A stretch of DNA of 64,000 nt from an uncultured bacterium. Its GTDB lineage: Bacteria > Zixibacteria > MSB-5A5 > CAIYYT01. The notes under the pieces were generated by a model that was not told where the DNA came from, did not search any database, and saw only the letters and a program-made list of their open reading frames with translations. Below are positions 23,077 through 33,092 of the stretch, in pieces. The stretch is taken from NCBI GenBank assembly GCA_963726455.1, contig CAVSCK010000005.1:64973-128972 (forward strand). Reading direction: 5' to 3'. How positions within the stretch are numbered: position 1 is the first letter of the stretch; each line of letters begins with the position of its first letter. The position numbers and the translations under genes were made by a program.

Positions 23077-23828
23077 TCTCGGCTACCAACCGTCTGAGAG
23101 TGCCGGTCAGTTCGGTGCAGGCGTCAATCGAGCGTTCGAGTTCCTCGTAGACCTGCCGCAGAATAAAGAATACGGCTGTGTGTCGCGTGTACTCAACATT
23201 GGCTTTGATAATTGGCAACATCTCTCCGGCGCTTTCGGAAGACTCGAATTGCTTGATACGGTTTTCCAGATTCTGCCGGTCGGCCCGGATCTCCTGAAAG
23301 CGACGACGCAGTCCCTCGTGATATATTTCATCCGCCTGTGTCTCGAGGTGGTCGACGGCGCGGAAATAGGGTTCGATCTTACGATCATGCGGCAAGCGAC
23401 TTGACCGCTTTGGCAATTTCCTCGCAGGCGCGCAGAATTAACGGCGCCAATTCACGCATTTCCTTGTCGCTGGTCGGGAAAGTCGTAGATGACATAGCGG
23501 TTGGCCGCATGGTTGACATGCTTCATAATGCGAAAGGCGTCGTCGTTAAACTGGCTGATCTCGGAGCGGTCGAACGGCGGTTGCTGCGAGCGATTAAGCA
23601 GGTCTTCGATCGATTCATTGATGCGATTACAGGTAGTCAGGCAGGTTTCGATCTTCTTGCCGATGACTTGTCGATCGCTCACCGGTGCGGCACAAAAGAT
23701 TCAACCAGCATGGACTTGCGTCGATCAGGTTGTCCATGGTCTCGTCGAAGAAGCTGATAGAATTCTTTGTCCCGAGGAGGAAGCAACCGGATATTCTTTA
23801 TACTCTTTAGAACATCTAACACACTCAT
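23069..23828 (-). pseudogene. DUF47-family (PhoU-related) phosphate transport regulator, split over three reading frames
   Basis: Three consecutive minus-strand ORF pieces (23679-23906, 23452-23682, 23069-23416) each resemble successive parts of a DUF47 protein; at least two frameshifts. Confidence 0.55.
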
Positions 23829-23951
23829 AATTTCGCCTTCATATTTGATGACCAATTGCTCTGTGGGAATGTTACATCCTGACGATCCGATTTCCCTCGA
23901 TATCAATCACTGTGGTCACCCGTGTCGAGCGAAGAACACCGACCGGTGCGA

Positions 23952-24717
23952 TCAATTCAGCGCCCGAAGATAGCAAAATTGTTGGACGCCAGTCGAACTC
24001 GATTTTGGATGCCAATCCGACAAGACAATCGACGGCGATTGGCAGGCGGTCAGCATAGGACGATTTGCCCCATGGCGGACAATTTCACCGTCGACCATGT
24101 AGATCACGTCTTCGGCAATGTTGGTGGTGTGGTCGGCGATGCGCTCGAGATTGCGGGAAACAGCGAGCATCTGAATGAGCGAGTCCATCCTTTCGGGAGT
24201 CTTGCGAATCTGTCCCTGCACGCACTCGTACATGCTGCGGTTGATCTCATCGACTTCGTCGTCGGCAGCCAGCACCGAATGCGCCAGCTGCCGAATCGAG
24301 ACTTACCAGCGAGTCGAGTGCAGTGTGCAACATGGACTCGACTTTTTCGGACATCTTGGGAAAGTCATACGGATGGACGACCGGCTCCTGCAGCGCCAGT
24401 GACACGGCGCGCTCGGCGATATTGGCGGAGAGATCACCGATCCGCTCCAGATCGTTGTTGATCTTCAGCACGGCGATAATAAACCGCAGATCGATCGCGA
24501 CCGGCTGATGCAACGCCAGAATCTTGAGGCAGTCCTCTTCCACTTCGACTTCCATGTTATCAATCAAGACGTCGTCGTCGACCACGCGGCGCGCCAGTTT
24601 TTCGTCACGGCTGACAATTGATTTCACGGCGCGGTGCAAAGAATCTTCGACCATGGCTCCGAGCGAAAGAATCTTGCGCTTAAGCCGATCAATTTCTCGT
24701 TGTAAATGCTGTGCCAT
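23952..24717 (-). pseudogene. phoU: phosphate signalling complex protein PhoU, interrupted by one frameshift
   Basis: N-terminal half in ORF 24247-24864 from MAQHLQREIDRLK; C-terminal half in ORF 23952-24275 (AADDEVDEINRSMYE...RIADHTTNIAEDVIYMVDGEIVRH); junction between 24247 and 24300. Confidence 0.75.
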
Positions 24718-24766
24718 CTTTCCTTCCCGTAGTTCCTGACGTCGATTGAATGACCTCAGACGATGA

Positions 24767-25591
24767 TCATCCGAACCGGCCGGTGACGTAGTCTTCGGTC
24801 TGCTTCTTGTCCGGCTTGGTGAATATCTTCGGCGTTTCGCCGAATTCCACCATGTGGCCTTCATAGAAGAAGGCCGTATAGTCCGAAATACGCGCCGCCT
24901 GCTGCATATTGTGCGTCACGATCACAATCGTGTATTGCTTTTTCAACTCGGCGATCAGGTCTTCGATCTTGGCGGTCGATATCGGATCGAGCGCCGATGC
25001 CGGTTCGTCCATCAGCAGCACTTCCGGCCGGACAGCCAACGCCCGCGCGATGCAGAGCCGCTGCTGCTGGCCGCCGGAGAGCATGTAGGCGCTGTTCTTG
25101 AGCTTGTCCTTAACCTCTTCCCACAGAAATGCCCTCTTGAGCGTGTCCTCCACCGCTTCACTGATCATCTGCTTGTCGTTGATGCCGTTAACTCGCAGAC
25201 CGTAGGCGACATTGTCGAAGATCGATTTCGGAAATGGGTTCGACTTCTGAAAGACCATGCCGACGCGCGTGCGCACAGTGGAAACATCCCTGATGTCCTG
25301 GTAAATATCGACGCCGTCGAGCTTGACGATGCCTTTCATCCGCGTTCCGGGAATGGTTTCGTTCATCCGATTGAGCGTGCGCAGAAATGTCGACTTGCCG
25401 CAGCCCGATGGGCCGATGAACGCCGTGACGCCGTTTTCCTCGATATCGAGAGACACGTTGTGCAATGCCTGGACGTTGCTGTAGAAGAAGTCCAGCTTGC
25501 GTATTTCGAATTTCACTCTGCCCGGTTGACGCGGCGGATGGCCGCGTGACACCACCGGACGTTCGCTCATTTCCAGTTCTGATTCAACCAC
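24767..25591 (-). CDS. pstB: phosphate ABC transporter ATP-binding protein
   Basis: Walker [13 protein letters not shown] signature LSGGQQQRL, and conserved PstB C-terminus. Confidence 0.95.
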   Translation of the reverse strand: MVESELEMSERPVVSRGHPPRQPGRVKFEIRKLDFFYSNVQALHNVSLDIEENGVTAFIGPSGCGKSTFLRTLNRMNETIPGTRMKGIVKLDGVDIYQDIRDVSTVRTRVGMVFQKSNPFPKSIFDNVAYGLRVNGINDKQMISEAVEDTLKRAFLWEEVKDKLKNSAYMLSGGQQQRLCIARALAVRPEVLLMDEPASALDPISTAKIEDLIAELKKQYTIVIVTHNMQQAARISDYTAFFYEGHMVEFGETPKIFTKPDKKQTEDYVTGRFG

Positions 25592-26535
25592 TGATTCGCC
25601 TCGACCTAATTTTCGATCTGATCAGTATCGCTACAAAGTTCAGCAGAAATGTCAGCACCAGCAATACCAGCACCGTGCCATAGAGAATCGGTTTGGTCTT
25701 TTCGACATCTGGTGACTGGGTTGACATGACGTAGACATGATACCCCAGTTCCATGAACTGATCGTTGAGCGCCCGGGGTAGATACGGAAGATAGTAGGCG
25801 GCGCCCGTAAACATGATCGGCGCGACTTCGCCCGCGCCACGGCTGATTGCCAAGATCGCGCCGGTGAAGATGCCGGGGAGCGCCTGCGGAATTATCACTC
25901 GAATAATCGTCTGCAGTTTGGTCGCGCCCAGCGCATAGCTGGCGTCCTTGAGTTCGCGGGGAATTGCTCGCAGCGCTTCTTCTGTCGACACAATCACGAC
26001 CGGCAGACGTCAGCAGCGCGAGTGTCAGGGCCGCCCAGATTATCGCCGGTTGTCCCCAAACCGGTTTCTCCGCTCCCAGTAGTCCAGTGTCGATTCCATG
26101 TCCGATAAATCCGATGAAGAACCCCAGACCGAACAATCCGAACACGATTGACGGCACGCCGGCGAGATTGTTGATCGCGGTGCGAATCAGCCGCGTCGTG
26201 CGCGAGGTCGGGCTGGTGTATTCCGATAGGTAGATCGCCGTCAGTACGCCGACCGGAACACCGGTTATGACCATGAGCAGAACCAGGAACACGGTGCCAA
26301 AGATCGCCGGAAAGATACCGCCCGCTTCCATGCCGTCTTTCGGCGGCTGCGTGAGGAATTCCCAACTAATGATGCCGGTTCCGTGCAGCAATACATTGAA
26401 GAGTATAATGCCCAGCATCGCGACAATGATCAGCACCGCCGCCAGTGTCAGGCCTTGCGGAATCAGTCCGCGAGTTTTGGGACGAAATTGCAGTGGAGCC
26501 AGAGTCGGGGCGGTAGCAGTTGAAGGGTTGCTCAT
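25584..26535 (-). pseudogene. pstA: phosphate ABC transporter permease PstA, interrupted by one frameshift
   Basis: First ~178 aa of ORF 25606-26535 are PstA-like up to ...AALTLALLT, then nonsense; ORF 25584-25997 continues in another frame with IVSTEEALRAIPRELKDASYALGATKLQ; junction near 25997-26010. Confidence 0.8.
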
Positions 26536-27491
26536 GACGTCCTCCCCTGCAATCTGGTTTTGAGCCGTCCCAGGATGACTTCGCCGCCCAGATTAGTCAC
26601 GAACGTGAACAAGAACAGTACCGTGCCGATGAAGAAGAGCACAGAATAATGTGTGCTGCCGAAAACAACTTCCGCGAGTTCGGCAGCGATCGTCGCCGAA
26701 AGAGTGCGCGCCGAATCAAGGAAGCTCGCGGACACAATCGCGGCATTGCCGGATGCCATCAATACGATCATCGTCTCACCAATCGCTCGGCCAAAACCGA
26801 GCACGATTCCGGCGGCAATACCGGGAAGGGCCGCAGGCAACACCATCGTAAACGAAACCTGCCAGGGATTCGCTCCCAACGCTCGCGCGGCATCACGCAA
26901 CGATTGCGGCACCGAGGTCATCGCATCTTCGGCGACAGTGAAGACGATCGGAATGATCGCCAGACCGAGAGCAATGCCGGCATTTAGCACGTTCAGGCGA
27001 TAGGTCAAACCCAGTGTCTTCTGCAAGACGGTCGCCAAGACAATCAGCGCGAAGAAGCCCAATACCACCGAGGGAATGCCGGCGAGGAGTTCGATCACCG
27101 GTTTGATGATTTCCCGCATTCGTTTGGAGGCAAATTCCGCGGAGTAGATTGCAGCGCCGACAGCAAGCGGCGTCGCGAATAACATGGCGATGATTGCGGC
27201 CTTGATCGTGCCCAGCATCAGAGGCCAGAGCGAATACTTGGGCACTTCCGAATTCGGCTGCCAGCTCCATTTCGCGGGCTTGTCCTTCTGAAACTGCTGT
27301 TTGAACGTCATCTTGTCGAGACTGGCTTCCTGCTGAGCATCGGCTGACGTGAAAATCGGAGCGGCTTCCTTGAAGATGAAAATGAAGATTAGCAGTATCG
27401 CTATCAGCGCCACGAATGCGTTTACCGCAATGAACTTCTCACCGAGAAATTCCCGCCAACGCGATTTGGGCTTGAACTGATAAGGCGTCAT
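26532..27491 (-). CDS. pstC: phosphate ABC transporter permease
   Basis: 319 aa, six TM helices, permease core EAA-like loop; position between pstS and pstA. Confidence 0.9.
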   Translation of the reverse strand: MTPYQFKPKSRWREFLGEKFIAVNAFVALIAILLIFIFIFKEAAPIFTSADAQQEASLDKMTFKQQFQKDKPAKWSWQPNSEVPKYSLWPLMLGTIKAAIIAMLFATPLAVGAAIYSAEFASKRMREIIKPVIELLAGIPSVVLGFFALIVLATVLQKTLGLTYRLNVLNAGIALGLAIIPIVFTVAEDAMTSVPQSLRDAARALGANPWQVSFTMVLPAALPGIAAGIVLGFGRAIGETMIVLMASGNAAIVSASFLDSARTLSATIAAELAEVVFGSTHYSVLFFIGTVLFLFTFVTNLGGEVILGRLKTRLQGRTS

Positions 27492-27501
27492 ATTGCGATC
27501 C

Positions 27502-28326
27502 TCATTTCACCGGCAGCGGCACAAAGCCGGCCTTCTGTGCGAGGGCCTGGCCTTCAGACGACAAAACCCAATTCACGAAATCCCTAACTTCACCAGACGG
27601 GTCGCCATTGAGAAGAAAACAGAGGTCGCGAGCAATCGGATAGACACCGAGTGTTACATTTTCAACAGTCGGCGTCACGGGCTGCGCAGTGTCATTTTCG
27701 CTTATCGCTGCATACTTGATACCACTGGCCCAGGCAATGCCGCCATACCCGATACCGTTGGGATCGTGAGCGACTGCATGAACTACTGACGCCGTACCCG
27801 GCAACGGCTCACAGCGTTCGGCGAAATCCTCGCCGCCCAGGATGCGATCCCGAAAGAAAGTAAATGTGCCCGAATTGTTTTCGCGGCCGTAGAGGATGAT
27901 CGGATTGTCCTTGCCGCCAAGTTGGTTCCAGTTGTTGATGCTGTCGGTATAGATTTCGCGAAGCTGCTCGATTGTCAGATCACGAATCGGATTTTCTTTG
28001 TTGAGATAGACAGCAACGCCATCACGAGCAACCGCAAACCGCCGGAGATCGATTCCTTTCGCCGACATCATCTGTGTTTCCTGAGCAGACAGTTCGCGCG
28101 AGGTCATACAAATCTTGGTCGAACCGTTGACCAGCGCCGCGATTCCCGATGACGATCCGCCGCCGGAGACCTGAATCACTGTTTCTTTGTGATTCTTCAT
28201 GTAGTCCTCGGCCCAGCGCTGGCAGAGGCGAACCATGGTGTCCGAACCCTTAATAGTGATTTGCCCCGCGGATGCCATCTGAGACACGAGTAGAACACAC
28301 ACAGCGACAACAAGCACCCTCTTCAT
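27502..28326 (-). CDS. pstS: phosphate-binding periplasmic protein
   Basis: Signal peptide; PstS-like motifs (GSDTM, GGGSSSG, SRELS). Confidence 0.9.
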   Translation of the reverse strand: MKRVLVVAVCVLLVSQMASAGQITIKGSDTMVRLCQRWAEDYMKNHKETVIQVSGGGSSSGIAALVNGSTKICMTSRELSAQETQMMSAKGIDLRRFAVARDGVAVYLNKENPIRDLTIEQLREIYTDSINNWNQLGGKDNPIILYGRENNSGTFTFFRDRILGGEDFAERCEPLPGTASVVHAVAHDPNGIGYGGIAWASGIKYAAISENDTAQPVTPTVENVTLGVYPIARDLCFLLNGDPSGEVRDFVNWVLSSEGQALAQKAGFVPLPVK

Positions 28327-28364
28327 CAGTGATTCCCTTGCATAAAGGAAGTAACGACTCGGAA

Positions 28365-28382
28365 TGTTAGGATTTTGTTAGG
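28365..28382 (-). promoter_or_regulatory. Pho-box-like tandem direct repeat upstream of pstS
   Basis: On the minus strand CCTAACA-AAAT-CCTAACA: two 7-mers at 11-bp periodicity, about 40 nt upstream of the pstS ATG. Confidence 0.5.
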
Positions 28383-28423
28383 AATCAGTAAGATGTCGAC
28401 AAAGCGCGAATTTGGGGCAAGGA

Positions 28424-29800
28424 TTACTTCGATGGCAGATGGATTGTGAACGTGCTTCCCTGCCCCACTTTACTGTCTACGCTCAGCGTTCCGTTGTGTG
28501 CGATCACAATATGCTTTGATATCGCCAATCCGAGCCCGGTGCCGCCTTCGGCACGGCTGCGAGATTTGTCGACGCGGTAAAATCTTTCAAACAATCGCGT
28601 CAGATGTTCCGGTGCAATGCCACAACCCTGATCGCGGACGGCGATAGTTACGGAACTCTCGCCGCGTGCAGCGGCGACATCTATCCTTTTCCCCGGCTCA
28701 CTGTATTTCACCGCGTTATCAATCAGATTAATGACCGCCTGTTCAAGCAGCGGTTGATTTGCGCGCACGCGGAGATCTTCGGGACAGGACAAGGTAACGG
28801 AAATGTGCTTAGCGCTCGTGAGTGAATCACAGGCGGTAATGGCTGCCGCCAGAATGCTCCTTAGCCCGACCGGCTGCAGTACGATCTGGCCCCGTTCGGC
28901 ATCCTGTTCGATTCGTGACAGCCTGAGTAAGTCTTCGATTATGTTCTGCAACCGTGCCGCCTGCTTGCCGATGATTTCAAGAAACCGGCGCGACTCCACA
29001 GGGTTCTCCAGCGAACTGTCAAGCAAGGTCTCAATGTAGCCCTTGATCGAAGTGATCGGGGTTTTCAATTCGTGAGACACATTAGCGACAAATTCACGCC
29101 GCAGGTTTTCGAGTTTGCGTATGCGAGTGACATCATTGAGTACGATCAGTGCGCCGAGCCGTGCGCCAGAATTACTTCGCATGGCTGTGCCCGTCACCTG
29201 CAAGTATCGCTCGTCTCTGCCTGCCAGAATTATGTCTCCTTCTGCTGCCACATCCAGCGTCAGTGCCCGGCCTACCAATTTCTGTAGTTCGGCATGACGC
29301 ACCGTATCCTGAAGAGTGCGTCCGACGGTTGCCTTGAGATCGACATCGAACATCCGCGCAGCCGACTGATTGATGCTGACGATCTTTTCATCCGCGTCGA
29401 CAACCAGAACGCCTTCGATCATGTTCGCGGTGATCGTGTGGTATTCCTGGCTCTGCTGCGACAACACTCCGGAACGCGCGGCGAGCTGCTCAGCGATGCT
29501 ACTTAGCGAGTCCGCTACTTCATCCAGTTCCGAAATGCCCGAGTGCAAAGAGTAGGTGTCGTATTCGCCGTTGGCGATGTGTTTTGTCTTCTGCTTTAGC
29601 TGCGTTAACGAGCGCGATAGCCGGCGTGACACGATGATGCCGGTTACAATCGCGGTTGCCAGAACCAGGCAGAGAATGGTGACGAGCACGCTCAGTGAGA
29701 CGGGCGCGGATACTGCGACAATTACCGTTGCCGCTATCACGACCAGTGCGATCAGCAGAAACGGCCGCATAAATCGCCAGAACGTTCGATCGTGGAGCAT
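28424..29800 (-). CDS. phoR: phosphate regulon sensor histidine kinase
   Basis: 458 aa; two N-terminal TM helices, PAS-like region, HisKA H-box (VSHELKTPITSI) and HATPase_c domain; directly downstream of phoB. Confidence 0.85.
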   Translation of the reverse strand: MLHDRTFWRFMRPFLLIALVVIAATVIVAVSAPVSLSVLVTILCLVLATAIVTGIIVSRRLSRSLTQLKQKTKHIANGEYDTYSLHSGISELDEVADSLSSIAEQLAARSGVLSQQSQEYHTITANMIEGVLVVDADEKIVSINQSAARMFDVDLKATVGRTLQDTVRHAELQKLVGRALTLDVAAEGDIILAGRDERYLQVTGTAMRSNSGARLGALIVLNDVTRIRKLENLRREFVANVSHELKTPITSIKGYIETLLDSSLENPVESRRFLEIIGKQAARLQNIIEDLLRLSRIEQDAERGQIVLQPVGLRSILAAAITACDSLTSAKHISVTLSCPEDLRVRANQPLLEQAVINLIDNAVKYSEPGKRIDVAAARGESSVTIAVRDQGCGIAPEHLTRLFERFYRVDKSRSRAEGGTGLGLAISKHIVIAHNGTLSVDSKVGQGSTFTIHLPSK

Positions 29801-29802
29801 GG

Positions 29803-30489
29803 CTATTCCTTGAGCTTGTAGCCGACACCGCGGACGGTCTCGATAACCGCGCCCTGGATTCCCAGTTTGCGGCGCAAACCCACAATCTGCACGTCGACCG
29901 CGCGGTCGGTTACGATGGTCTCTTCACCATGGATTTCGTTGACGATTTGATAGCGGCTGAATACCCAGCCGGGATGGCGAGCGAGCAAATGCAGTATCTC
30001 AAATTCGGTCAGCGTCAACTCGACCGGTCTGCCCGCCAGCGTAACCTGATGACGTCCCGGATCAATCACTATGTCGTGGACTCTCAGCGTGGCGCCGTCC
30101 TTAACGTCCTTGCCTCCCTTGCGACGCAGGGCCGCGCGCACGCGCGCAATCAGGACTTTCGGGCTGAACGGCTTGGTGATGTAATCGTCCGCGCCAACTT
30201 CCAGGCCGGTGATGACATCGCTTTCTTCGCTCTTGGCGGTCAGCATGATTATCGGTATACGCTGAGTCTTCGAATCATTCTTGAGAATCTTGCAGACATC
30301 GAGGCCGTCGATTCCCGGCAGCATCAAATCGAGAATGATGAGATCAGGCAGATTATTGCGCGCTGCCTTCAAGGCCGCCTCACCGGTCGCGGCGCCGGCC
30401 ACACGATATCCCTCCTTGCCGAGGTTGAATTTGATAAGTTCGAGAATGTCTTCTTCATCCTCGACTACCAGAATCATTTCCTTAGCCAT
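29803..30489 (-). CDS. phoB: phosphate regulon response regulator (OmpR/PhoB family)
   Basis: Receiver domain (DLIILDLMLPGIDG) plus winged-helix output domain. Confidence 0.9.
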   Translation of the reverse strand: MAKEMILVVEDEEDILELIKFNLGKEGYRVAGAATGEAALKAARNNLPDLIILDLMLPGIDGLDVCKILKNDSKTQRIPIIMLTAKSEESDVITGLEVGADDYITKPFSPKVLIARVRAALRRKGGKDVKDGATLRVHDIVIDPGRHQVTLAGRPVELTLTEFEILHLLARHPGWVFSRYQIVNEIHGEETIVTDRAVDVQIVGLRRKLGIQGAVIETVRGVGYKLKE

Positions 30490-30599
30490 ACCGATCCCTT
30501 TACGACCTCCGAACGATGCTCAATTGACAATATAGTACTGCGACGGCAACGTTCAACATTAACTCTACCTCCCTGAAGTTAGTTTTCTACCAGCAATTT

Positions 30600-30617
30600 G
30601 TTAGAGAATCGTTAGAA
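30600..30617 (-). promoter_or_regulatory. Pho-box-like tandem direct repeat upstream of phoB
   Basis: On the minus strand TTCTAAC-GATT-CTCTAAC, sharing the CTAAC core and 11-bp periodicity with the pstS site. Confidence 0.4.
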
Positions 30618-30659
30618 TGGTTGGTCGGTCGCGACTAGACTGGCTCCTACGAATTTTGC

Positions 30660-31715
30660 TTAGCAAATGCGCGGCAATTGCTCGCCGGAAAGCATATCAA
30701 CGATGCGGGTGGAACCGATCGCATTGGTCATCGTAACAAGGCCGGATTGATCCGCAGTCGTACTTCCGATGATGGCTGCGGCCGCGCTGACAGACTGAGA
30801 ACGCAGGGCCGACAGAGCGCGTTCAGCATCGCGCTCCGGCACAAACGCAACAAAGCGTCCTTCGTTGGCAACGTAGAGTGGATCGAGCCCGAGCAGCTCG
30901 CAAGCACTTCGTACCGGTTCACTGATCGTAATTGACTGCTCCTGAATGTGCACTCCGAGCTTGGCCGATTGCGCGATTTCATTCAGGGAGCTCGCCAGGC
31001 CGCCGCGGGTGAGATCGCGCAGACAGTGTACTGCAATTCCCGCAGCCAGAAGCGCCTGCACCGCATTGTGCAAAGGTGCACAATCGCTGGTGATTGTTGT
31101 CTCAAACTTCAGCCCCTCCCTCTGCGCCATGATCGCGATTCCATGCCGGCCTATGTCGCCGGAGAGAATTATGGCATCTCCCGCGCACACAGTTGCTGGA
31201 GCTATGCTCAGAGAATGTTCAATGATGCCGATTCCGGCTGTGTTGGTATAGATGCCGTCGCCTTTGCCGCGATCAACAACCTTGGTGTCACCGGTAACGA
31301 CCTGCACGTTTGACTCAGCAGCGCTGGCTTTGATGGACTGCATGACACGTTCAAGAGTCTCCACCGGCAGGCCTTCCTCTAGGATCAGCCCCAGACTCAG
31401 GTAAAGTGGTTTCGCGCCGGCCATCGCCAGATCATTGATCGTACCGTTGACCGCCAGTGTGCCGATATCACCGCCCGGGAAGAACAGCGGACTTACGACA
31501 TACGAATCCGTCGTGAATGCCAGCCGTTGCCCGCCGATTTCAAACACGCTCGCGTCATGGCACGATTGCAGCATCTTGTTGTCCAACGCGGGAAGAATGA
31601 CGTTGTCAAGCAACTGATGCATCAATCTGCCACCACCACCATGTGCCAGTAATATCTGTTCATAATTCGATAACGGCGTCGGGCACGAAAGTAATATGTT
31701 ATTATCATCCGGCAT
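30660..31715 (-). CDS. hypE: hydrogenase expression/formation protein HypE
   Basis: ATG 31715; AIR-synthase-like fold, conserved C-terminal ...PRIC. Confidence 0.9.
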   Translation of the reverse strand: MPDDNNILLSCPTPLSNYEQILLAHGGGGRLMHQLLDNVILPALDNKMLQSCHDASVFEIGGQRLAFTTDSYVVSPLFFPGGDIGTLAVNGTINDLAMAGAKPLYLSLGLILEEGLPVETLERVMQSIKASAAESNVQVVTGDTKVVDRGKGDGIYTNTAGIGIIEHSLSIAPATVCAGDAIILSGDIGRHGIAIMAQREGLKFETTITSDCAPLHNAVQALLAAGIAVHCLRDLTRGGLASSLNEIAQSAKLGVHIQEQSITISEPVRSACELLGLDPLYVANEGRFVAFVPERDAERALSALRSQSVSAAAAIIGSTTADQSGLVTMTNAIGSTRIVDMLSGEQLPRIC

Positions 31716-31726
31716 GATGTGTCTGC

Positions 31727-32836
31727 CTAACCTTTCGTCTTGTTCTGAACCGTGATACCACGGTAACGGTAATAGGCAGCACAGGCGCCCTCGGAGGACA
31801 CCATAGTAGCACCGAGCGGATGTTCCGGCGTGCATTTGCTGCCGAACACGGGACAGTCATGCGGCTTCTTGATTCCTTGCAGGATTACGCCACTGATACA
31901 ATCTTTCGATTCCTCGACTTTGCGATCGGTCAATTTGAACCTGGTTTCGGCATCGTAGGCGCGGTATTCGCCACGCAATGCCAGGCCGCTGTTGCCGATC
32001 TCACCGATGCCCCGCCACTTGCGCGGGACGATTTCAAACACCTCTTTCAGCAACTTCTGCGCGGGAACATTGCCCTCGCGAGTCACCAAGCGACTGTATT
32101 GATTCTCCACTTCGCAACTTCCGGCTTCAAGTTGAGTGACGCACATCAGGATGCCCTGCAAGATATCGATTGGCTCGAAACCGGTGACGACAATTGGCAC
32201 GCGATACTTCATGGCAATCGGCTCGTACTCATGATAACCCATCACGGTACACACGTGCCCGGCGGCGAGAAATCCCTGCACTTGATTATTCGGCGATCCG
32301 AGTATCGCCTCGATTGCAGGCGGAACCAGAACTTGCGACACCAGAAGCGAGAAATTCTTCACGTTTCGTTGCTGCGCTTGCACGACTGTCATACCAATTG
32401 CGGGAGCGGTCGTTTCAAAACCGACGGCAAAGAAGACTACTTGTCTCTCCGGATTCTTTGTCGCTAACTCAAGCGCATCCAGCGGTGAATACACGACGCG
32501 CACGTCAGCACCCGCTGCCTTGACACTGAGCAAGTCACACCGTGATCCCGGTACGCGCAGCATATCTCCAAACGAACACAAGATCACTTCGGGCTGCGCC
32601 GCAATCTCAATCGCCTTGTCGATCAATTCAATGGGCGTCACACAGACCGGACAACCGGGTCCGTGAACAAGAGTAATCTGTGGCGGCAGTAATTCGTCAA
32701 TTCCGAAACGGACAATCGCGTGCGTCTGCCCGCCACATATTTCCATGATCGTCCAGGGTTTGGTGACGACGGCGGCGATTTGATCGGCCAATTTATGCGC
32801 TGAGGCGGCATCGCGATATTCATCAACGAATTTCAC
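31727..32836 (-). CDS. hypD: hydrogenase formation protein HypD
   Basis: 369 aa; motifs GPGCPVC and CTVMGY; C-terminal Cys cluster. Confidence 0.9.
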   Translation of the reverse strand: MKFVDEYRDAASAHKLADQIAAVVTKPWTIMEICGGQTHAIVRFGIDELLPPQITLVHGPGCPVCVTPIELIDKAIEIAAQPEVILCSFGDMLRVPGSRCDLLSVKAAGADVRVVYSPLDALELATKNPERQVVFFAVGFETTAPAIGMTVVQAQQRNVKNFSLLVSQVLVPPAIEAILGSPNNQVQGFLAAGHVCTVMGYHEYEPIAMKYRVPIVVTGFEPIDILQGILMCVTQLEAGSCEVENQYSRLVTREGNVPAQKLLKEVFEIVPRKWRGIGEIGNSGLALRGEYRAYDAETRFKLTDRKVEESKDCISGVILQGIKKPHDCPVFGSKCTPEHPLGATMVSSEGACAAYYRYRGITVQNKTKG

Positions 32837-33087
32837 TGTGACTCCTCGCTGCGGGCGTCGGCTTCATCCATTTCTCGCAGATATTGAAACACTTTCTGCG
32901 CTTCGTCCTCGTCAATGATATTGAGCGCGAATCCGACATGGATCACCACGTAATCGCCAATCTTTACCTCCGGGACGTAACACAGATTCACATCTTTGAT
33001 CACGCCGCCGAAATCCACCCTGCCTGTCCGAAACACGGGATCATCGCCCGTAATGCTGATCACTTTTCCCGGAACTGCGAGACACAT
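32833..33087 (-). CDS. hypC: hydrogenase assembly chaperone HypC
   Basis: Starts MCLAVPGKV (conserved Cys2), ~84 aa. Confidence 0.85.
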   Translation of the reverse strand: MCLAVPGKVISITGDDPVFRTGRVDFGGVIKDVNLCYVPEVKIGDYVVIHVGFALNIIDEDEAQKVFQYLREMDEADARSEESQ

Positions 33088-33092
33088 TTGCG

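Noticed and set aside
25606-26140. C-terminal ~130 aa of the 309-aa ORF 25606-26535, taken as the real PstA C-terminus
   Set aside because: After residue ~178 the translation becomes Arg/Ser-rich nonsense, while the true PstA C-terminus is found in the overlapping frame 25584-25997; the long ORF is a frameshift read-through.
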